Shown here: positions 1 to 14,981 of the stretch, in pieces
How positions within the stretch are numbered: position 1 is the first letter of the stretch
Layout of the letters: every line of letters starts with the position of its first letter
Source: Eledone cirrhosa
Lineage: Eukaryota
Direction: 5' to 3'
NCBI GenBank assembly: GCA_964016885.1
Contig: OZ024748.1
Location: 19,220,001 to 19,284,000 of the forward strand
Length of the DNA: 64,000 nt
Translations under genes and position numbers: made by a program
Notes under the pieces: model-generated
Databases searched by the model: none
What the model saw: the letters and a program-made list of their open reading frames with translations, nothing else
What the model was told of the DNA's origin: nothing

Positions 1-47
1 TATATATATATATATATATACACATATATATACATATATATAATATA

Positions 48-110
<63 letters not shown>

Positions 111-163
111 TGTATATATATACATATATATATAATATATATGTATATATATATATATATGTA

Positions 164-216
<53 letters not shown>

Positions 217-312
217 AAATATGTATATATATACATATATATATAATATATATGTATATATATGTACTTATATATGTATGTATATATATATATATATGTA
301 TATGTGTATATA

Positions 313-556
313 TATTATATTATATGTCACAACTGGTGGTCTATTGAGAATGGCTTTCGTGGATTGAACATTTTACTCTCAAGCAACCAATTAAGTTAAA
401 CCCCTGGTAATCTACGACGAATTTTTTTATAAGCACAAAATGTAGACACCATCCCCAGGCCGAGGTATCCGTACTTCTCTGTACTGTTTCAGAAAGGAGG
501 GATAAACATGCCAATCTATGTTTAGAATCCCGAGGAACGCCGGGCCATTCTGCTAG
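313..556 (+). mobile_element. Non-autonomous Helitron-like unit, followed in tandem by the start of a second copy
   Basis: GC hairpin CCCG-aggaacgc-CGGG (529-544) lies just upstream of CTAG|T (553-557). The 39-bp head 313-351 recurs at 557-595 immediately after CTAG. Confidence 0.55.
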
Positions 557-688
557 TATTATATTATATATCACAACTGGTGGTCTATTGAGAATACAGT
601 ATATATACAGTATATCTGTGCCAAGAGATATGACGAATCCTCCTGTATGTGATATGATATTTCCAGAAATCGCCAGCTGCAAAAAATG

Positions 689-1067
<379 letters not shown>

Positions 1068-1290
1068 GTATATATTTAAGTATAAAGAATGTGCTCAAGC
1101 GCAGAAGAACTATAAAGATAGCTTATATAAAATAGCGTGAAGAACCTTAAATGACGGAAAAAGAAATTGCCAACGGCCTCCGTATCTGGAATATACTGGT
1201 TCATTTCCTCGTTGCGGCTATTTGCAATTTCATTTTCCTTCTTTTTAGCTTTTCACTCTCTGTTATATAAGCTATCTTTATACCTCTTCA

Positions 1291-2086
1291 AGGACGAACT
1301 GGCCAGCCTGTTCGGTAGGACTTTCGGCCCGGGACCAATGGACAACTTCCAGAAGTCACTAGCCTGGCAGTGCTACCGGGGGGGGGGGCTCTACCCGTTC
1401 GAGAGAGGCTCTACAGACACGGGCGCCCGGGCAGGGATCCCTCAAAAAAGATTTGCCCTAGATGCGTGCGCCACGAAGAAACCGTTGCGCACGCATTGGT
1501 GCAATGTCCGGGCGTGGCTGATCTGTGGGGCTACGCCGAACGACTGCTGTCGCGGGTGGCGCCGATTCAGTTGACCGCCGAGTCCGTGATGACAATCAAA
1601 CCGCCTCCCCTCTTCACAAAGGAAGCAAAGGCGGTTTTTCTGTGCGTAATAGCCATGTTGAAAGAGATGTTTGGTGGACACGATTGAAAGGTCTGAGGTC
1701 AGGCAACTTCCTCTCTGGCCATAGTCTGGTCTACTTCTTCCGATATCACTTCGGAAGAAGGATAAGAATGGAGAGAGAGGTGCTTGGCCACAGGCAGTTT
1801 TATGAAAGGTGGGTGATAGTGGCGAGAATGGCTCGTGTAAATGGGCCTTCTCTGTATACCATCCTGTAGGTAAAGAAGTAAAGGAGAGGGGAGCACTTTC
1901 TCCATGTGCTCCCCGGGCAAAGGATTGCACACTTTTTCGGGGGTGTGTGCAACCCCCATCACGTCCCCTCCCTTTTGAGGTTATTTTCGATTATTTTCAT
2001 TTTATACCCTTTTTACTCGATTGTATGTAAACTCCCCCTTTGTATTTGTCCCTTCTTTTTATGCCTTTATGGTAAATAAAGAAATA
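1291..2086 (+). mobile_element. 5'-truncated Tx1/L1-like LINE: frameshifted ORF2 C-terminal zinc-binding region plus 3' UTR
   Basis: Peptide KSLAWQCYRG/ALPVRERLYRHG..CPRC..ETVAHALVQCP..W resembles zf-RVT; stop at 1869; pyrimidine-rich UTR ending AATAAAGAAATA. Exact 18-bp TSD TATCTTTATACCTCTTCA at 1273-1290 and 2087-2104. Confidence 0.88.
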
Positions 2087-2303
2087 TATCTTTATACCTC
2101 TTCACGAAAACAAACCGTGTTCAGCATAGACCCTGTGGCCGCTAACACATATATATATATATATAATATACACACACACAATCACACACACACACACGTA
2201 CAGACAGACAGACAGTCACACACACACACACACAATCACACACGCACGTACAGACAGCCACCCCCCCCACACACAATCACACACACAATCACACACACGT
2301 ACA

Positions 2304-2362
<59 letters not shown>

Positions 2363-2586
2363 ACACACACACACACAAACACGCGCGCGCACACACACAC
2401 ACACACACCTGTATATATTCTCTACTAACTGTGATATTCTATACCAGGAAATGAAACAACATTGTGTCATACGATATAGATATCTTATAAATGATATATT
2501 TTACAGATAACCCACATTTCAATGTGTTACCAATATGACACGTGTAGTATCGCGTTGATCTCGTTTTTATTTCCGTGAATGTATGC

Positions 2587-2640
<54 letters not shown>

Positions 2641-2770
2641 ATCTAGGAGGTGAGTTTTATTGTAGTACAATAAAGCAATGCAGATATCGGATAAGAAGCA
2701 CTCTACAGTTTGTAGGACTGGAGTATACATAATATATAAGAACAAAAGATGGTTAAAAGAGTTCCATGTA

Positions 2771-2837
2771 TTTTATTATGCGCATTTCAAAAACAAATAT
2801 CATCATGCAATAATATTTGTGTTTTCATCAGATAAAA
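2771..2837 (-). ncRNA. Type I hammerhead ribozyme (mirror copy in the left arm)
   Basis: Reverse complement of 2960-3026. Confidence 0.8.
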
Positions 2838-2959
2838 CAGGAAGACATGATATGAAGGTTAAAAAACACCTGTGGATAATGCAGTTTTAAATCAACATAT
2901 GTTGATTTAAAACTGCATTATCCACAAGTGTTTTTTAACCTTCATATCATGTCTTCCTG

Positions 2960-3026
2960 TTTTATCTGATGAAAACACAAATATTATTGCATGATGATAT
3001 TTGTTTTTGAAATGCGCATAATAAAA
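2960..3026 (+). ncRNA. Type I hammerhead ribozyme with palindromic stem III
   Basis: TTTTAT-CTGATGA-long stem II (AAACACAAATAT..ATATTTGTTTTT)-GAAA-TGCGCA-TA^ATAAAA. All core residues present; 6-bp stem I. Confidence 0.8.
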
Positions 3027-3065
3027 TACATGGAACTCTTTTAACCATCTTTTGTTCTTATATAT

Positions 3066-3167
<102 letters not shown>

Positions 3168-3229
3168 CTGTGTGTATATATTTTGTATGTGTACACACAC
3201 ACACACACATATATATATATATTATTGTC

Positions 3230-3282
<53 letters not shown>

Positions 3283-3769
3283 TTGTGTGTGTGTCTGTGA
3301 GTATTTATATATATATATATATACTTTTTTTCATACATACAGATACGAATTAGTTTAAAATTTTAGAAGCGAAAAATTTGCAACGAACGAAGACAATTTG
3401 TTATTGTGTCTGTGGTGTGTATGTGTGTGTGTATGTGTGTGAGTGCATATGTATGTGTTTGTGTGTATGTTTGTGTGTATGTTTGTGTGTATGTTTGTGT
3501 GTGTATGTGTGCATGTGTGTGTGTGTGTGTGTTAGTAAGTATGTGTAAGTATGTGTAAGTGTGCTTTAACAGCTGTGTTTGGTTACCGGAATCAATTCTC
3601 TTAACTGACATGTCGAGTGTTTAACAAATGTGAAACAATCTGCAGCTTAAGTGATGCTTTTCACTCAACAAGTGTTACTTGCCTGTATCAAGTGAGCACT
3701 CTTGTCTTTATATCTCTCACTTTCTATATCTTTTTATATACCTGTCCGTTCGTCTGTCTACCCGTCTGC

Positions 3770-4500
<731 letters not shown>

Positions 4501-4860
4501 CTGACTATCTATCACCTTGCCTCTATGTCTATCTGTCCGTCTATCCCAATTCACACGCGAATAGGTCTATTTTACATAATACAGCAAATAAGATAGAAGC
4601 AGCCCATAGCCTCAAGATTTGCTGTGATGTGGCGTGTTAGGAAGAAACGGCATGGCAATTTATCCTCAATCTAGATCACAAAGAAAGGCATTAACTAAAC
4701 AAACGGCTGATAGAATTTAGAAGGAAATGAAAGTAGCCATTCGTTAGACTGGACCAAGTAAACTATATTTCTATTACTGATACTTTCTGTTGGTAGCGGC
4801 TTCTGGCAGAGATTGGGAGAAGGAGTGTTTGAGGACTCTGCAGCATCACGACCCTGGGCT

Positions 4861-5372
4861 AAAAAGGAGGAGAAGGAGGAGGAGGAGGAGGAGAAGAAGA
4901 AGAAGAAGAAGAAGAAGAAGAAGAAGAAGAAGAAGAAGAAGAAGAAGAAGAAGAAAAAGAAGATGAAGAAGAAGACAGAAAGAAGAAGGAAAAGAAGATG
5001 AAGAAGAAGACAGAAAGAAGAAGGAAAAGAAGATGGTGATGAAGAAGAAGGAGAAGAAGAAGGAGAAGGAGAAGAAGAAGAAGAAGAAGAGGTAGAAGAA
5101 GAAGAAGAAAAAGAAGAAGAAGAAGAAGAAGAAGAAGAAGAAGAAGAAGAAGAAGAAGAAGAAGGAAAAGAAGATGAAGAAGAAGAAGAAAAAGGAAAAG
5201 AAGAAGAAGAAGAAGAAGAAGAAGAAGAAGAAGAAGAAGAAGAAGAAGAAGAAGAAGAAGAAGAAGAAGGAAAAGAAGATGAAGAAGAAGAAGAAAAAGG
5301 AAAAGAAGATGAAGAAGAAGACAGAAAGAAGAAGAAGAAGAAGAAGAAGAAGAAGAAGAAGAAGAAGAAGAA
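4861..5372. repeat. (GAA)n-rich polypurine tract
   Basis: Direct reading; about 510 bp, almost entirely purines. Confidence 0.95.
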
Positions 5373-5439
5373 TATGATCTCCGATTGTAGAGAATCTAAC
5401 CAATCAGAGATCACTTTAACAATGCCTCCAATCCACACT

Positions 5440-5592
5440 TCAGTACCCACAAGTATATATTTATTTATCGATTCAGAAAGAATAAAAGTTAAAGTTGACC
5501 TAAGGAAGATTTGAACTTAGAAGACAAGGAGTCGGAACTACTTACAGTAACCATTCCATCCGACATTCTATTGTCTCTGCCAATTCGCCGCC
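5440..5592 (-). mobile_element. Degenerate Meta-type SINE
   Basis: Diverged match to the family (aaagttgacct..atttgaact..tgccaattcgccgcc). Confidence 0.65.
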
Positions 5593-6075
5593 TATTTTAG
5601 AATCTTTATGACTTAATAGGGAAATATTCTGTAGTTCTTAGCAGTTGTAGTTTCACTCTGGAAAGTATATATTCTGCTCCACAACCACCGCAAGCTGGTT
5701 TACATGTACAGCATAAAGATTGACCAGAGGCGGGAAAATAAAAGGATTTTTTACAAAAATAATTCATGAATGAAACAGCGATAATTCGTTTGATAGAAAT
5801 ACTCAGACAACACACAAACCTAGAAGTTAACAGCAATCAGTCTAACATTGTTATTAAAGATTAAAAAAAGAAACAAAATGACTTTACTTTTGATAGATAT
5901 GTTTGGCCCAGAGGACATTGCAATCATGGAAGCCAAAAAGAACAGTGTTTGTATATGTAATTATAAATAATATGAGTAAAGGTATATAGCTTGTAAAATG
6001 GAATGTGTCTGTGTATCTGTGTGTCTGTGTGTGGATACATACACTCACACAAACATAAGCACACACACACACACA

Positions 6076-6159
<84 letters not shown>

Positions 6160-6168
6160 AATATATAT

Positions 6169-6223
<55 letters not shown>

Positions 6224-6226
6224 CAC

Positions 6227-6274
<48 letters not shown>

Positions 6275-6324
6275 AGAGAGAGAGAGATAGAGAGAGAGAG
6301 ATAGCGAGAGAGAGATAGATAGAG

Positions 6325-6355
<31 letters not shown>

Positions 6356-6479
6356 ATGATAAAGGGTGTGCTTTAGAAAGAAAGGTAACAAAGAATCAAT
6401 GTCAGACAAGCAATCCCAAACACCAAGTCTTCAGCAAAGCGAAATTATAACTGTACTACTACTATTACTACTACTAATG

Positions 6480-7152
6480 ATTCCTACTATAGGCACAAGG
6501 CCAGCAATTTTGGGGAGAAGATAAAGTCGATTAAATCAATACCAGTGCATTACTGGTTAATTATATTATCGACTCCTGTAAGGATGAAAGTCATAGCTAA
6601 GCTCAGCAGGTTTTGAACTCAGAACGTAAAGGGCCGTAACTCTATGCTGCAAATCATGTTGTCCGACGCTCTACCGATACTACAACGAATCGACCACCCT
6701 TACACCGTATCAAAATGATATTAATGATGATGGCGATGAATAACAATAATAATTGTTTCTAATTTTGGCACAAGGCCAGAAATGACTCAGTATATTACTG
6801 GTACTTTATGTTATCGAGCCCATAAGGATGAAAGGCAAAGTTAACCTCCGCGGGATTTCAACTCAGTCCGCAAAGGGACGTAACTCTTTGTTGCAAAGCA
6901 TGGCGTCCGCCCCTCTACTGATACTGCCAATCCACCGCCTGTATTAAATGATAATGATAATAATTATTATTTCTACTTTTGGCACAAGGCCAGCAATTAC
7001 CCAATACATTACTGGTACTTTATTTTATCGATCCCCCCCACCCCGTAAGGATGAAAGGCAAAGTTAACCTCGGCGGGATTTGAACTCAGTCCGTAAAGGG
7101 ACGTAACTGTGCTTGCAAAGCATGGCGTCCGACCCTCTACCGATACTGCCAA
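6480..7152 (-). mobile_element. Three tandem tRNA-derived Meta-domain SINEs (~6480-6700, 6750-6940, 6965-7152)
   Basis: On the minus strand: A-box-like TGGCAGTATCGG, B-box GAGTTCAAATCCC, central GCCTTTCATCCTTACGGGGTCGATAAAATAAAGTACCAG, 3' end GCTGGCCTTGTGCC..GTAGAAACAATT. Confidence 0.88.
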
Positions 7153-7556
7153 TAATGATATGACAATAAAATCAACGACAACGATAACAACAACAACGAT
7201 AACAATTGTGCTGTAACCGTAATGGCGTTTCCTCACCCAGCTGGGTGAATGAGAGAGAAAAACTAAGAGACCAAGAATCTGTCAAAACAAGACAAGATGG
7301 CGCCTGGAGTTACAAGACGTTCATGAATGTCCGGGTATATCTATATATATGTGTGTGTGAAAATATTTTATACACACACACACATACACACACATATATA
7401 TGTGTGTGGGCATATCTATATATTATATATATATATACATATATGTGTGTAGAAGTCCTGAGAAACGGCAGTGGATAGATATTAGTATCTCCTTTAATAT
7501 TAGAATATTCTGTGTTTTCCTGGTTTCCATCAACCAACATATCCAGGACCAATAGA

Positions 7557-7606
<50 letters not shown>

Positions 7607-7699
7607 GCTGCTGTTGTTGTTCCTACTCAAACCCATTCGTAATTGTTTACCCATAGTTTACCCCGCCCGTGTGTATGCGTGTGTGTGTGTGTATATATT

Positions 7700-8440
<741 letters not shown>

Positions 8441-8988
8441 TTATAAAAATGTGTGGTGTGTGTTTGCCTGCCCGGGGTTGTCTACATCTAGAAATTCAAA
8501 CTTGGAGAAGCAGAGAAAGTGAATTTGATAACTAAAGCGAACATGTATAGAGAGAAATACAGATTGCACAGGTGCACGTGTAGAGAGATCCTAATGAGAT
8601 AGACCCACACAGGCTCACCCAGGCCCACCCAAGCTCACCCAGGCCCTACACAGTCCATTAAGACTGCCAGACACCCCAGGGCTACCAGATATACAAGCCC
8701 ACACGCACACAATGGAGAGAGAGAAAAGAGACAGAAAAAAAATGGCGGTTACAAGATTAAGTTTAACGGAGGAAATGGAAAGAGAGACTCACGAAAAATG
8801 GAGAAATGAAATGCAGATGAGAGATGGAGATAAATTATGTAGAACATAAGTAAAGAGGGAGAGGGAGAGAGAAGAGGCTAGAGAGGGGCAGAGAGAGCGA
8901 GAGAGAGTGAGTAGGGTAGATAGAGAGATATTAGTTAATGAAATGTGAGAGAGGTTGGTTGAAAGTGAGAGGTGATACATTCATACAT

Positions 8989-9093
<105 letters not shown>

Positions 9094-9099
9094 CGTATA

Positions 9100-9168
<69 letters not shown>

Positions 9169-9250
9169 ATATCTGTATATATATATAGAGAGAGATATAC
9201 ATACATAGATATAAATACGCACACACACACACACATATATATATATATAC

Positions 9251-9320
<70 letters not shown>

Positions 9321-9564
9321 ATATCTGTATATATATATATAGAGAGAGATATATACATACATAGATATAAATACACACAGACACATATATATACGTATAT
9401 ATATATATATGTATATGTATATATATATATGTGTATATATATATATAGAGAGAGATATACATACATAGATATAAATACACACAAACACACACACACACAC
9501 ACATATATATATAAATATATGTATGTATATATATAGAGAGATATATACATACATAGATATAAAT

Positions 9565-9597
<33 letters not shown>

Positions 9598-9643
9598 GTA
9601 TGCATATATATGCATACTAATATGTATGTATACGTATGTATAC

Positions 9644-9678
<35 letters not shown>

Positions 9679-10044
9679 TATATATGTATATATATATATA
9701 TATTTATTCATATATATATATATATATATTCATATCTATGTATATATATATATTTATATATATATATAAAATGACCACTACCTTCCCACATACATACACA
9801 TACATACACACATTCATACATACATACATACTCCATCCATACACACATCATACATACATACTCTATCCATACACACATTCATACATATATAATTGCACAT
9901 CCATCCACTCGATGCTGTGATATCTTCGCTACTCGCTCGTTCACAGGAGGTGGTTACTTAAATAGATGAATAATGAGATCTCTTCTGCTGCCCAACTCTG
10001 TCCCTCAAACCATTCCTCAATTTCTTCCTCTCCATATATATATT

Positions 10045-10155
<111 letters not shown>

Positions 10156-10300
10156 CGTATATATATATATATATATATATGTCTGTGTGTGTGTGAGCGT
10201 ATTTATATCTATGTATGTATATCTCTCTCTCTATATATATATACAGATATATACATATATACATATATATATATATATATTCATATATATATGTATATGC

Positions 10301-10337
<37 letters not shown>

Positions 10338-10413
10338 GACATATATATACACACACACATATATGTATACATATATATATACATTTATGTATACATATAC
10401 ATATACCTATATG

Positions 10414-10469
<56 letters not shown>

Positions 10470-10563
10470 AATATACACATATATGCATATATATATATAT
10501 ACAAATATACATATATGTGTGTATACAGATATATATATATATACACACATATATACACACACA

Positions 10564-10645
<82 letters not shown>

Positions 10646-10652
<7 letters not shown>

Positions 10653-10883
10653 ACTTTTAAAGGGTCATTTCGCCCTGAAAATACACGCACTTGTTATGTA
10701 TGGTTCCCCTTCTGTTATTATAAATTTATTCATTAATTTATTGACGATAATGAAAGAGATTACAGCCGACATGTTTGTTATTTTTTGTCAAGATGACCCT
10801 TGCAAAAGTACAACTACAATAATATCTATTTCACTGTGTTTTAACTCTTCATCTCACATCAACTATCTTGGGAAACGACTAGA

Positions 10884-10887
<4 letters not shown>
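10646..10887. mobile_element. Diverged relative of PLE family A with inverted ends, in (TA)n
   Basis: TTGTACTTTT.AAGGGTCAT ... ATGACCCTT.CAAAAGTACAA are inverted. Tail AATATCTATTTCA..TCTTGGGAAAC..AGAAAC resembles the family A tail at 52455-52534. Confidence 0.5.
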
Positions 10888-10927
<40 letters not shown>

Positions 10928-11110
10928 GTACATACATATATATATATATTAATATATATATATATGTATATATATGTGTATATATATATATATATATATA
11001 GTGAAAAATGGAACGGAAACAAAACAGAGAGGCAGTACGAACAAAGGTTTATTAGTTTCGCGCTCTTGGGAGTGGGGGTATATATATATATAAATATATA
11101 TATATATACG

Positions 11111-11177
<67 letters not shown>

Positions 11178-11633
11178 CTATATATATATATATATATTTA
11201 TACATATATATATATATGTGTGTGTGTTTGTGAGTATTTGTGTGTGTGTGTCCCCGTCTGTAATTGTATATGTGTGTGTGTGTCCCCGTCTGTAATTGAG
11301 TGTGTGTATGTGTATACTCTTTTGTGAATATATAGTATATAAATATATAATACTTAGAATCTAAATCCCTACTGTACATGTGATATACATGAACGACAAG
11401 GCATGTTCCTAAGACTCCCCAGGGACTCTTATGGACGCCGTATTGACATAGGCCGGTTCCAAGGCATTTTTTTAAAACCTGGTGGAGCCCAAACCTATCC
11501 AGGTCTGAATATAGCAGATTTCTTTCAGAGAAGGATAGAGAGAGTGAAAGAAACGAAATGAGAAAGAGATATAGAAGAAGAATCAATTCCAGTAGTTGAT
11601 GTGATATATGAATTTAATATTATGAAGTTATAT

Positions 11634-12280
11634 GGCAGTATCGGTAGAGGGTTGGACGCCATGCTTTCCAGCATAGTTACGTCCCTTTACGGTCTGAGTT
11701 CAAATCCCGTCGAGGTTAACTTTGCCTTTCATCCTTACGGGGTCGATAAAATAAAGTACCAGTAATGTACTGGGTATTTGCTGGCCTTGTGCCTAAAGTA
11801 GAAACAATTATTATAGGGCGGTGGATTGGCAGTATCGGTAGAGGGTCGGGCGCCATGCTTTGAAGCATAGTTACGTCCCTTTACGGTCTGAGTTCAAATC
11901 CCGTCGAGGTTAACTTTGCCTTTCATCCTTACGGGGTCGATAAAATAAAGTACCAGTAATGTACTGGGTATTTGCTGGCCTTGTGCCTAAAGTAGAAACA
12001 ATTATTTGTCATCACAAACCACTGTCATCATATTCTTTGCTTTCCTCTTCATTTCACCCGCATTGATATTATTTGTGGATTGGTAGTATCGGTAGAGAGT
12101 CGGGCGCCATGCTTTGCCGCATAGGGTTACGGCCCTTTATGATCTGTGTTGAAATCCCTCCGAAGTTAACTTTGCCTTTCATTCTTAACTTTGCCTTTCA
12201 TCCAGGCAGTCACTGGGGTCTATTTAATCGACTTTCCCCTCCCCCCAAATTGCTGGCCTTGTGCCTATATAAGAAACCAT
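11634..12280 (+). mobile_element. Three tandem Meta-domain SINEs (~11634-11812, 11816-12005, 12074-12280)
   Basis: Near-identical copies with A/B boxes and the central domain. Confidence 0.9.
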
Positions 12281-12584
12281 TATTTGTCATCACAAACCAC
12301 TGTCATCTTATTCTTTGCTTTCTCTTCATTTCACCCGCACTCTTGCATTGATATTACTTGTTATCACAAACACCTGTCATCTCACCCTATTATCACCTCT
12401 TATCATCACACACTAATATCATCACAACCATTACTCTCTTCTATATCTCACCACACTACTATCTCATGACATCACATACTACTGTCATCATACCCATTGC
12501 TTTTTTCACCCTCTTACTACATTACTATCCAGTGTTATCACACCCTGTCATCATAGATATAGCTTTCCTCATTCCTCTCAACGC

Positions 12585-14190
12585 ATTCCACTATCTTATG
12601 ACATCACATTCCACTATCTTATGTCATAACATTCTACTATCTTATGTCATAACATTCCACTATCTTATTTCATAACATTCTACTATCTTATGTCATAACA
12701 TTCCACTATCTTATGTCATAAAATTCCACTATCTTATGTCATAACATTCCACTATCTTATGTCATAACATTCCACTATCTTATGTCTTCACATTCTACTA
12801 TCTTATGTCATAATATTCCACTATCTTATGCCATCACATTCCACTATCTTATGTCATAACATTCTACTATCTTATGTCATAACATTCTACTATCTTATGC
12901 CATCACATTATACTATCTTATGCCATCACATTCCACTATGTTATGGCATAACATTCTACTATCTTATGTCATAACATTCTACTATCTTATGCCATCACAT
13001 TATACTATCTTATGCCATCACATTCCACTATCTTATGCCATAACATTCTACTATCTTATGTCATAACATTCTACTATCTTATGTCATAACATTCCACTAT
13101 CTTATGTAATCACATTCCACTATCTTATGTCATAACATTCCACTATCTTATGCCATCACATTCCACTATCTTATGCCATCACATTCCACTATCTTATGCC
13201 ATCACATTCTACTATCTGACGTCTACTATCTGACGTCATAACATGCTACTATCTTATGCCATCACATTATATATGACGTCATCACATTCTACTAGCTTAT
13301 TCCATCACATTCTATCTGACGTCATCATATTCCACTATCATATGTCATCACATTCTACTATCTTATGTCATAACATTTCACTATCTTATGTCATCACATT
13401 CTACTATCATATGTCATAACATTCTACTATCTTATGTCATAACATTTCACTATCTTATGTCATCACATTCTACTATCTTATGCCATCACATTCTATCTGA
13501 CGTCATCATATTCCACTATCTTATGACATCACATTCTACTATCTTATGACATCACATTCTACTATCTTATGTCATAACATTTCACTATCTTATGTCATCA
13601 CATTCCACTATCTTATGTCATAACATTCTACTATCTTATGTCATCACATTCTACTATCTTATGTCATAACATTTCACTATCTTATGTCATCACATTCTAC
13701 TATCATATGTCATAGCATTCCACTATCTTATTCCATCACATTCTATCTGACGTCATCATATTCCACTATCATAATGTCATCACATTATACTATCTTATGT
13801 CATTACATTCTACTATCTTATGTCATCACATTCTACTATCTTATGCCATCACATTCCACTATCTTATGTCATAACACTCTACTATCTTATGTCATCACAT
13901 TCCACTATCTTATGTCATAACATTCTACTATCTTATGTCATAACATTCTATTATATTATGTCATAACTTTCCACTATCTTATGACATCACATTCTACTAT
14001 CTTATGTCATAACTTTCCACTATCTTACGACATCACATTCTACTATCTTATGCCATCACATTCTATCTGACATCATCATATTCCACTATCTTATGACATC
14101 ACATTCTACTATCTTATGTCATAACATTCCACTATCTTATGACATCACATTCCACTATCTTATGTCATAACACTCCACTATCTTATGTCA
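12585..14190. repeat. 23-bp minisatellite (CATTCYACTATCTTATGTCATMA), about 70 copies
   Basis: Period 23 (units at 12723, 12746, 12769), with variant units. Confidence 0.95.
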
Positions 14191-14448
14191 TCCCATATCT
14201 CTAGCATTCCACACCTTCCGACCATATTGCCATCTCTTCTTAATACATTTTACTGTCATCATGACTCTTACATTACATTCCTATCACCACACTACTACTC
14301 CTTGTCACCACACCTGGCTGCCATCATATCTACAGCATTCCTCTCCCTCTCACCACATTGCGATATCTTGTCACCACACCCGGCTGTCATAATATCTATC
14401 ACTCTCCTCCCCATCTCACTACATTATCTTCTCATGCTATCGTACCCA

Positions 14449-14620
14449 GGAGGGTCGGACGCCATGCTTTGCAGTATAGAGTTACGGCCCTTTATGATCT
14501 GAGTTCAAATCCCGCCGCGGTTAACTTTGTCTTTCATCCTTACGGGCGTCGATAAAATAAAGTACCAGTAATGCACTGGGATAATTGCTGACCTTGTGCC
14601 AAAAGTAGAAACAATTATTA
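14449..14620 (+). mobile_element. Meta-domain SINE, 5'-truncated
   Basis: Family match. Confidence 0.85.
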
Positions 14621-14981
14621 TATCACGTCATCACACACTACTATTATCATAATATCTATTATTAGCCTCTCCATCTCTCTATACATCATCTTCCCATGTC
14701 ATCACACACTACTGTCATCATAGCTATCATATGTCCTCTCTCTCCCTCTCACCACATTCTGATATGTCCCCACACGTCACCATTATAATAGAAACCTTTT
14801 CAGTGTGTTGCCAGCTGAGATGATACAGTGCTAGGTTTCTGACTTAAAGGTCGCTATTTCGAATGCCACCAAAAGAGTTACATTCTATATAGGACAAATA
14901 TATTTAAAGTTTGATTTCCTAACCACGTAACATTAAATAGTTAACGTTATATATGTCTACGTAATACTTGAAATAAATTCC

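Noticed and set aside
4695-5450. Poly-Glu/Lys/Ser ORFs
   Set aside because: (GAA)n artefact.
11816-11900. tRNA gene
   Set aside because: A/B boxes belong to SINE heads and continue into SINE body; no cloverleaf.
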